Below, piece after piece: positions 31,251 through 38,394 of a DNA stretch of 64,000 nt (within the stretch, counting starts at the first letter, position 1; each line of letters starts with the position of its first letter). The stretch covers positions 1,017,546 to 1,081,545 of the forward strand of contig OY776215.1 in NCBI GenBank assembly GCA_963675495.1, given 5' to 3'. The DNA is from an uncultured Methanolobus sp. Its GTDB lineage: Archaea > Halobacteriota > Methanosarcinia > Methanosarcinales > Methanosarcinaceae. The notes under the pieces are model-generated. The model was given only the letters and a program-made list of their open reading frames with translations, was not told the origin of the DNA and ran no database searches. A program made the translations under genes and the position numbers.

Positions 31251-31535
31251 TTTTTCTTTTTTATCAGGTTGATAAAAACCCATTTTTTGCAATGTTTCGA
31301 TCTGTTCATCGAAACGTGTTTCAGCTCGTCCTAAACAATTGGCACATTGATCAGATCCTGCCGCAATTTGCTTGAGCTTATCGAAATTGTTTTTTAAATG
31401 TAAAATATTATCCTTTGATAATTCTCCTTCTTTTGCATAATTGGCTAAACCTTCAAAATGAGCAATAAAATTTGGTTCACATCCACTGATGTCACCAGAA
31501 TTTGAGGGGACGAATTGATGGAATGGGTAGACAAG
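31230..31535 (-). pseudogene. Start-less remnant of a regulator-like gene (N-terminal part only)
   Basis: 101 open codons on the minus strand (...CANCLGRAETRFDEQIETLQKMGFY...) with no ATG/GTG/TTG before the last about 20 codons. It shares a 51-nt segment (48/51) with 35676-35726. Confidence 0.45.
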
Positions 31536-31600
31536 TCACTGTACATTCAGAAGAAAAGTAAATGACTTTTTAGACAACAAAATAACAACTGTGTTTAGTC

Positions 31601-31654
31601 ATTTTTCTGTACAAAGGCAACTTCAGTACATAATTATAACGCTTAAGTATATAT
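31601..31654 (+). promoter_or_regulatory. Shared promoter/operator module, copy B (upstream of the Isf-like pair and ribBA)
   Basis: ATTTTTCTGTAC-N12-AGTACATAATTATAACGCTTAAGTATATAT, exactly 70 nt before the ATG at 31724. Confidence 0.7.
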
Positions 31655-31723
31655 TCATACACTCCATGTTATTATTTGCGCCCATTCACGAAAATAGATA
31701 GAAACTAATGGAGGAGCTTAAAT

Positions 31724-32425
31724 ATGAAAATACTAGGAATATCAGGAAGCCCAAGACCAGAATCACGTTCAGATTCTATTAAAATGGTACAGAAAGTCCT
31801 TGAGAACACAGGATGTGAATATGAACTTATTTCATTACAGGGTAAGAAAATCAATGGCTGTATCGCATGTATGGCATGCGTTCATGATAATGTATGCAAA
31901 GTAAATGATGACATGAAAACCTTGCGTGATAAAATTGTTGAAGCTGATGCATATGTTTTGAGTGGTGTCAACTACTACAATACGTTGAATGCATTGATGC
32001 ACTCTTTCATGGAAAGATGGTACCAATTCAGGCACCGTGAAGCTGATATCCTCTGGGGAAAGCTTGCAGTTACTGTCAGTCTTGGGGGTTTTAATCCTGC
32101 ACCACCTGCTGAGCTTCTAAATACAATGTGCTTAACCAACTTGATTAAGGTTACAGATACTATTGAAGGAATAGGTGCTTTTGGCTGTTGTTATTGCGGA
32201 TATGGTGAAACCTGCAAGGTAGGAGGGCACTATAACAAATATGGACCTGACGTTCCAATCACTCCGGAAACCATTCCTGATGTTACAAAGGATGAAGCAG
32301 TCATGCTTGCAGCTGAGCAGGCAGGTAAAAAGCTCGGTGAACAACTGCGTTCTGCTGATTATAGCCGTGAGAAAACAACTCAAGAGCTTATGCAAGCTAT
32401 GTTGTCCATGGAAGGCTATGAGTAA
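31724..32425 (+). CDS. Iron-sulfur flavoprotein (Isf) / NADPH-dependent FMN reductase-like protein
   Basis: Flavodoxin-like N-terminus MKILGISGSPR and compact Cys motif CIACMACVHDNVC, as in Methanosarcina Isf. Confidence 0.75.
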   Translation: MKILGISGSPRPESRSDSIKMVQKVLENTGCEYELISLQGKKINGCIACMACVHDNVCKVNDDMKTLRDKIVEADAYVLSGVNYYNTLNALMHSFMERWYQFRHREADILWGKLAVTVSLGGFNPAPPAELLNTMCLTNLIKVTDTIEGIGAFGCCYCGYGETCKVGGHYNKYGPDVPITPETIPDVTKDEAVMLAAEQAGKKLGEQLRSADYSREKTTQELMQAMLSMEGYE

Positions 32426-32472
32426 TCATCGTAGTTTATAGATTTATATGAAATGTTTATTGGAGGAATATT

Positions 32473-33132
32473 ATGAAAGTTATAGGAGTTTCTGGCTCAC
32501 CATCACCAAACAGTAACACTGACAGGGCCGTTAAAGCAGTACTTGAATCAACTGGAATGGAAACGGAATTCATTAAACTTAGTAATTACAAATTTGAACC
32601 ATGCCGTGCCTGTTTGAAATGTGCTACTACCAATGTATGTATTCTTAAGGACGATGCAACCGAACTGGCACAAAAAATAAAGGATGCCGATGCACTTGTT
32701 GTTGGTGGTTATTCTCCGTATAGCTCACTGGATGGACGGACAAAATCTTTCCTTGAACGTCTCTATTGCCTGCGTCATCAAAAAGGTCTTATGAGAGGTA
32801 AAATCGGGGGCATAGTCATCACATCCGCAGTCCCGCAACAGGAACCATACCCTCCGGTAGCAGATGTGGGAGTTGCTGTTGTAAAATCATACATGCAGGG
32901 AGAAGGAATGAATGTTGTCGGTGATGTGAAGATATTCGGCACGGCAACTTGTGCGAAATGTGGCTATGGCAATGAGTGTGAGCTCAGCGGAATTAAAGGG
33001 ATCTTTGGTCCTGATGCTACAGTTGAAGGTGTTGGATGTCCACGTTTCGAGGACCAGCCTGAAACGTTGAAGGCAGCACAGGAACTGGGTGAAAATATCG
33101 CACAGGAACTCAGGAAAGATTCAGACGAATGA
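32473..33132 (+). CDS. Iron-sulfur flavoprotein (Isf)-like protein, paralog
   Basis: MKVIGVSGSPS and Cys motif CRACLKCATTNVC; tandem with the previous gene. Confidence 0.75.
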   Translation: MKVIGVSGSPSPNSNTDRAVKAVLESTGMETEFIKLSNYKFEPCRACLKCATTNVCILKDDATELAQKIKDADALVVGGYSPYSSLDGRTKSFLERLYCLRHQKGLMRGKIGGIVITSAVPQQEPYPPVADVGVAVVKSYMQGEGMNVVGDVKIFGTATCAKCGYGNECELSGIKGIFGPDATVEGVGCPRFEDQPETLKAAQELGENIAQELRKDSDE

Positions 33133-33249
33133 GGGGATCTGGCATAGTCCGAATGAAAAGAAAAGAAAAGAAAGTAAGATTTGACTTATTACAAAGGCTG
33201 TGACAGTGACAATAATTTAACAGGATTAATATAAGGAGTGAGTTCGAAT

Positions 33250-34479
33250 ATGTCTAAAATAACCATTGAGCAGGCCATTAAGGACATCAGGGCCGGGCGT
33301 ATGGTCATTCTTGTGGATGATGAAGATCGAGAGAATGAAGGGGATTTGACCATGGCAGCAGAGGCGGTGACCCCTGAAGCTATTAATTTTATGGCCAGGT
33401 ATGGTCGCGGTCTGATCTGCCTTTCCATGACCGGTGAAACGGCTGACCGGTTGGGCCTCCCCATGATGGTGGAGAAAAACACCTCTTCCTTTGAGACCGG
33501 ATTTACCGTTTCAATTGAAGCAAAGAAAGGAGTGACCACCGGCATTTCTGCTGCAGACAGGGCCACCACCATTCAGACTGCCATTGCCGATGCTGCAACT
33601 GCGGACGACCTTGTTCGGCCTGGCCACATTTTTCCTCTGAGGGCCAGGGATAATGGTGTCATGGTTCGTGTGGGCCAGACAGAAGGCTCTGTGGATCTGG
33701 CACATCTTGCCGGATGCAAGCCTGCCGGTGTCATCTGTGAGATAATGGATGATGACGGTACCATGGCCAGAATGCCCTCCCTGGAAAAATTCAGCGAAAA
33801 ACATGGCATCGGTATCTGTACAGTGGCGAATCTTGTGAAGTATCGACTGAAGACAGAATCTTTTGTCAGAAAAGCAGCCGAAACTGTTATTCCCACGAAA
33901 TATGGCGGTGAGTTTCGAATGATCGCCTATGAAAATGACCTGGATAACCTTACCCACATAGCAATGGTCAAAGGTGAAGTCGATCCTGAAAAGGACATCC
34001 TCGTAAGAGTTCATTCAGAATGTATGACAGGAGATATTTTCGGCTCCATGAGATGTGACTGCGACGACCAACTCCATAAAGCCATGGCCATGGTGGAGAA
34101 AGAGGGAAGTGGTGTTATTATTTATCTCAGACAGGAAGGCCGAGGGATTGGCTTGGTCAATAAACTCAAGGCCTACGAACTCCAGCGCCGGGGATACGAC
34201 ACGGTTGATGCCAATCTTGAGTTGGGATTTGATGCCGATATGAGGGATTATGGTGTCGGAGCCCAGATTCTTACAGATCTGGGAGTTCGAAAAATGCGTC
34301 TGATGACCAACAATCCAACAAAGATAATGGGTCTTGAAGAATATGGATTAAGTGTGGTGGAACGGGTGCCTATTGAAATAATGCCCAATTCGCTTAATAA
34401 TGATTATCTCAATTGTAAGCAATTGAAAATGGGACATCTTTTAAAAAGGGATAGCCAATTGTTAATTTGTGATCAATGA
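33250..34479 (+). CDS. ribBA: Bifunctional 3,4-dihydroxy-2-butanone-4-phosphate synthase / GTP cyclohydrolase II (bacterial-type RibBA)
   Basis: RibB part: VILVDDEDRENEGDL, GRGLICL, VRPGHIFPL. RibA part: VRVHSECMTGDIFGSMRCDC, YLRQEGRGIGL. The GTG at 33238 is an alternative start. Confidence 0.9.
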   Translation: MSKITIEQAIKDIRAGRMVILVDDEDRENEGDLTMAAEAVTPEAINFMARYGRGLICLSMTGETADRLGLPMMVEKNTSSFETGFTVSIEAKKGVTTGISAADRATTIQTAIADAATADDLVRPGHIFPLRARDNGVMVRVGQTEGSVDLAHLAGCKPAGVICEIMDDDGTMARMPSLEKFSEKHGIGICTVANLVKYRLKTESFVRKAAETVIPTKYGGEFRMIAYENDLDNLTHIAMVKGEVDPEKDILVRVHSECMTGDIFGSMRCDCDDQLHKAMAMVEKEGSGVIIYLRQEGRGIGLVNKLKAYELQRRGYDTVDANLELGFDADMRDYGVGAQILTDLGVRKMRLMTNNPTKIMGLEEYGLSVVERVPIEIMPNSLNNDYLNCKQLKMGHLLKRDSQLLICDQ

Positions 34480-34690
34480 TTGGCCCGCTTTTCTTTTTCA
34501 ATCAAGTTATTGGCATGCTTTTAAAATAAATTATAGAGTCAAATAGCTAAAATGGGCAAGATAATTTTGAAGACTCTGTGAACTAATGAGGGAAGTTCCC
34601 GTTTCAGTCACCATTAATTGATATTTGCCACTGGAGTGTTAGCTGTCAACGATTATTGGGGAGAAAGTATTTTACAAACTTGAATAGGTT

Positions 34691-34744
34691 ATTTTTCTGT
34701 ACTCAGACGACATCAGTACATAATCATAACGCTTAAGTATATAT
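34691..34744 (+). promoter_or_regulatory. Shared promoter/operator module, copy C (upstream of flavodoxin paralog 2)
   Basis: ATTTTTCTGTAC-N12-AGTACATAATCATAACGCTTAAGTATATAT, exactly 70 nt before the ATG at 34814. The leader is also similar to that of copy B. Confidence 0.7.
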
Positions 34745-34813
34745 TCCTATACTGCAAATCATTAATTGCGATTATTTACGGAAATGACAGGAACCATTGG
34801 AGGAACATTAAAT

Positions 34814-35311
34814 ATGAAAACATTAGTAACATATTTTTCACAGACAGGAAACACAAAGAAAATAGCTGAAGCAATTTATGACGAGATTACCGGTGAAAAG
34901 GACATTCAGGAGATCAAGGACGTAAGCAATCTTGAAGACTATGATCTTATATTCGTGGGATCTCCAGTAATGGAATTTAACATACCTAAGAAAGTTACAA
35001 ATTTCATTTCAAATAATGTGGCTGGTAAAAACATAGCATTCTTCATGACCCATGCTGTTCCAGAAGGATTCGAGGCCATTAAATCATGGACTGGCTCCAT
35101 CGAGGATTTTGCAGCTAGTGGAAATTTCCTTGGTACATTTGAATGTCAGGGAGAACTCGCACAGCCTGTTTATGACATGTTGATTGGATCCGATGACCCG
35201 GAAATGAAAGGATTTGCTGAAATGAGTTTATCTGGAAAAGGACAGCCTGACGAAATTCATGTACAGATGGCAAAGGAGTTTGCAAAAGAGATTCAGGCAA
35301 AAGTCCAGTGA
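34814..35311 (+). CDS. Flavodoxin-family protein (paralog 2)
   Basis: MKTLVTYFSQTGNTKKIAE; collinear with 26656-27153 over the full length with most residues identical. Confidence 0.85.
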   Translation: MKTLVTYFSQTGNTKKIAEAIYDEITGEKDIQEIKDVSNLEDYDLIFVGSPVMEFNIPKKVTNFISNNVAGKNIAFFMTHAVPEGFEAIKSWTGSIEDFAASGNFLGTFECQGELAQPVYDMLIGSDDPEMKGFAEMSLSGKGQPDEIHVQMAKEFAKEIQAKVQ

Positions 35312-35339
35312 CCTATTTTCCTATTTTTCTTTTTTGATC

Positions 35340-35731
35340 TCAATTTTGTATACTATTCCCAATATCCAATGCTTTTACAAGATCTAGCAGTGAATTAAGG
35401 AGATTATGTCCTTTCAGACTGATATGATATTCACCTCGCTCTTCACGCTGGTGTATCAATCCTTTGCTTTGCAATTTATCCAGATAGACAGAAGATTTCC
35501 ACCACGAAGTTTTGTGAGTTTTGAAAGTGCAGTAAATGATTTGCCCTCATCATACAATGCTTTCATGATTTGAACTCTTGCAGCGCAGTTCAATGCATCC
35601 CCTACCAGACTGGAGATCTCTTTTTCCGGAATGTCCTGCACTTGCATCTGCTCGTCGTTATCAGAATGGTAGAAGCCCATTTTTTGCAATGTTTCGATCT
35701 GTTCTTCGAAACATATTTCAGCTCGTTTAAC
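35340..35731 (-). pseudogene. Disrupted ArsR-like winged-helix regulator gene (upstream in-frame stop plus internal frameshift)
   Basis: The listed ORF 35456-35689 carries the HTH start (ARVQIMKALYDEGKSFTALSKLTKLRGGNL). The expected continuation YLDKLQSKGLIHQREERGEYHISLKGHNLL... is in another frame down to the stop at 35340-35342. A TAG lies at 35732-35734 upstream. Confidence 0.5.
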
Positions 35732-36045
35732 CTATGTCTGCAGAAAGCTATTAAAATTAAAGCAGAGAGAAATTCAAATTCCCGATTCAAAAATGAAAAT
35801 GCGACTCTAAAAGAGATTATAGAGTCTAATATCTAAATATAGCCTTACTATCTTTGCAATGGATAGACATTTCAGTTTTGTAATTTCTTGATACCCGGAC
35901 ACTAATCCATTTAAAACAGTGCGTAACTCCCCTCAAAGCTGTATTTGCAAAAATACACAACAATAAGGATTGAGGGAACAGGGGAAGAAATATCATATGA
36001 GTGTGTCAAGTAACTTATTTGGAATCTGTTGTAGGGAGTGCTAAA

Positions 36046-36501
36046 ATGGCCGATAAAGCAAAGGAAATATCTTGTCCAATCTGCGGAAAAACAGGAGTTC
36101 CTGTTGAAAATTTGACAGTAGAACAAATGGTGAAAGAAGAGTTTGTGGATGAGTTGAATGATGATGATCACTGGCTTTGCATGAGTGAGGAATGTGAAGT
36201 TGCATACTACACCGATTCAGGTAGAAAATTCAATACAGAAGACATAAAAGTACCTATCTGGTTCAAGAAAGACGCTGATCCTAAGTACGCATGCTATTGC
36301 AACAACATAACTGAAGAACAGGTAATTGATGCAGTGGTCAATCAGGGCCTTGGCAACATGAGAGATATCATTGTTTCGATCAACGGAAAAGCCAGAATAC
36401 GATGCAAGGCCAAAAATCCTACCGGAAAACGCTGTACTAAGGTCTTCAATGAAGCAATAAAAAAAGGTATGGATATCAAGAACAAAGGAGAACGGACATG
36501 A
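36046..36501 (+). CDS. Cys-rich metal-binding protein (N-terminal zinc-ribbon/CopZ-N-like, C-terminal BFD-like [2Fe-2S] domain)
   Basis: CPICG...WLCMSEECEVAYY, then YACYCNNITEEQVIDAV...RCKAKNPTGKRC. ATG at 36046 after GGGAG. Confidence 0.5.
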   Translation: MADKAKEISCPICGKTGVPVENLTVEQMVKEEFVDELNDDDHWLCMSEECEVAYYTDSGRKFNTEDIKVPIWFKKDADPKYACYCNNITEEQVIDAVVNQGLGNMRDIIVSINGKARIRCKAKNPTGKRCTKVFNEAIKKGMDIKNKGERT

Positions 36502-36908
36502 AAATAGCCGTCAGATACTATACCAGATCAGGAAACACAAAAAAAATTGCAGATGAGATTGCGGAAGCAGTTGGAGTAGAGGCGCTGCCAGTCACTCAGC
36601 CAATTACTGAGAATCTGGATATTCTTTTTCTGGGAAGTTCAGTTTATGCATCAGGAGTTGCAGCCGATGTTAAAAAATTCATAGCTTCAATTGACTGCTC
36701 TATTGGAATGCTTGTTAATTTCAGTACTTCTGCATCGTCTAAATCTACATACGAACGAGTAAAAAAGCTTGCAGATGACAAAGAGATCAAAATATCCGAT
36801 AAAGAATACCATTGTCTGGGTTCTTATGGCCAGAGGAATAAAGGCAAGCCAGACGAGGAAGATATTCAAAATGCTGCTATCTTTGCAAAAGAGATCGTGC
36901 AATCATGA
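36498..36908 (+). CDS. Flavodoxin-like protein
   Basis: MKIAVRYYTRSGNTKKIADEIAE; 4-nt ATGA overlap with the preceding gene. Confidence 0.75.
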   Translation: MKIAVRYYTRSGNTKKIADEIAEAVGVEALPVTQPITENLDILFLGSSVYASGVAADVKKFIASIDCSIGMLVNFSTSASSKSTYERVKKLADDKEIKISDKEYHCLGSYGQRNKGKPDEEDIQNAAIFAKEIVQS

Positions 36909-36934
36909 TCAACTAAAAATTATCCAATAACAAT

Positions 36935-38134
36935 ATGACAAAATCACTTTCCATTCAGCAAGCCAGAAAACTGGTGTTGCTCTCACAGAGACTGCCTCCA
37001 ACAAAACAAACCGGTGGTGCAATTACCGCCACGCTGTCAGCTATTGAACATCTTGGTTATGTCCAGATAGACACGATCTCGGCCGTCCAGCGTGCACACC
37101 ATCATACCCTATGGAATCGCAACCCTCGCTACGACCTTTCTCACATCGATCAACTGCTTGCTGACAAAAAAATCTTTGAATACTGGTCTCATGCTGCCGC
37201 TTACCTGCCCATGTATGATTACCGCTACACCTTACCTCGCAAACAGGCCATTGCAAACGGGGATCTGAATCACTGGTATGAGCGTGATGAGAAGCTGATG
37301 AGATCGATGCTCAAACGTATTGCTGATGAAGGGCCATTGATGGCTAAAGACTTTGAACATACTGGTGAAAAAATCGGCGAATGGACGATAAAACCCACTA
37401 AAATCGCCTTAGAATATCTGTTTATGCAGGGCGACCTCATGGTCCCTGGCCGGGTTAATTTTCACAAGGTTTATGACCTCACCGAACGGGTATTGCCTGA
37501 GGATATAGACACTTCCATGCCCACTCCAGAGGAATATGCTCGTTTTCTGATCACACGATATCTGCAATCAAATGGACTGGGGCAGGCTACCGAAATAACA
37601 TATTTACTGAAAAACACCAAATCGCTTGTTTCTCTTACCTTACAGGAAATGGTTTCAAGTGGGGAGTTGCTACAGATTAGTGTCGGTGATACTAGCTATT
37701 ATGCGTTACCAGCTTCACTTGAACTGTTGAGTAAAACGCTGGCTCGCAGTAAACTTAAAATTCTATCACCATTTGATAATCTGCTCATCCAGCGCAAGCG
37801 CATGCAGACATTGTTTGGCTTTGACTATCAGGTCGAATGCTATGTCCCTAAAGCTAAACGTCAATACGGCTATTTCTCTTTACCCATTTTATGGGATGGA
37901 AAACTGGTTGCACGCATGGACTGCAAAGCCGATAGAAAAGAATCATTGTTGCATATTCATCATCTTGCACTGGAACCCTGGCTTGTAAAAACTGAAGCTT
38001 TTTCCATTGCCCTGTATAAAGAACTTGTATCCTTCATGCAGTTTAATAACTGTAGTAATCTTCAATTACACAGAACCTCCCCTGCTGAATTTAAACCAAT
38101 ACTGGAAACTGCAATCAACAGCTTGATGAAATGA
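36935..38134 (+). CDS. Winged-helix DNA-binding protein of the YcaQ/AlkZ (DUF1006) family, putative interstrand-crosslink DNA glycosylase
   Basis: 399 aa. N-terminal pattern LSIQQARKLVL..QRL and GYVQIDTISAVQRAHHHTLWNR, as I recall for YcaQ. Confidence 0.6.
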   Translation: MTKSLSIQQARKLVLLSQRLPPTKQTGGAITATLSAIEHLGYVQIDTISAVQRAHHHTLWNRNPRYDLSHIDQLLADKKIFEYWSHAAAYLPMYDYRYTLPRKQAIANGDLNHWYERDEKLMRSMLKRIADEGPLMAKDFEHTGEKIGEWTIKPTKIALEYLFMQGDLMVPGRVNFHKVYDLTERVLPEDIDTSMPTPEEYARFLITRYLQSNGLGQATEITYLLKNTKSLVSLTLQEMVSSGELLQISVGDTSYYALPASLELLSKTLARSKLKILSPFDNLLIQRKRMQTLFGFDYQVECYVPKAKRQYGYFSLPILWDGKLVARMDCKADRKESLLHIHHLALEPWLVKTEAFSIALYKELVSFMQFNNCSNLQLHRTSPAEFKPILETAINSLMK

Positions 38135-38353
38135 TTTTTTGGTATTAAGGCGACTATCGTTGTCCAGGCTAAAATGGGAGCAAACACCTGTCTACTAAGG
38201 TATTTCTATTCATGATGACCAAGTCCTGTTTTAGTTCCTGAATTTGGAATAATGTTTAATTACAAGATGCCATTCATTTGAACATTTGCTATCCAAATAA
38301 TGAACATCATCTATTCTACGAATCATCACACAATGCAAAAATAAATAAAAATA

Positions 38354-38379
38354 TTTAATGGTGTAGCTACACCATTAAA
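38354..38379. terminator. Perfect 26-nt loopless palindrome between convergent genes
   Basis: TTTAATGGTGTAGCTACACCATTAAA, 15 nt beyond the stop of the minus-strand protease gene. Confidence 0.4.
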
Positions 38380-38394
38380 CTTTGAATGATGTTT

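Noticed and set aside
33133-33249. Possible FMN riboswitch upstream of ribBA.
   Set aside because: The gap is only 117 nt and A-rich, with none of the conserved FMN-aptamer helices or GGAUUC/AGG-type cores that I could fold by eye. FMN riboswitches are not established in archaea.
33511-34014. 167-aa and 107-aa minus-strand ORFs inside ribBA.
   Set aside because: They are antisense frames in a G+C-richer gene, where long chance ORFs are expected, and carry no family signal.
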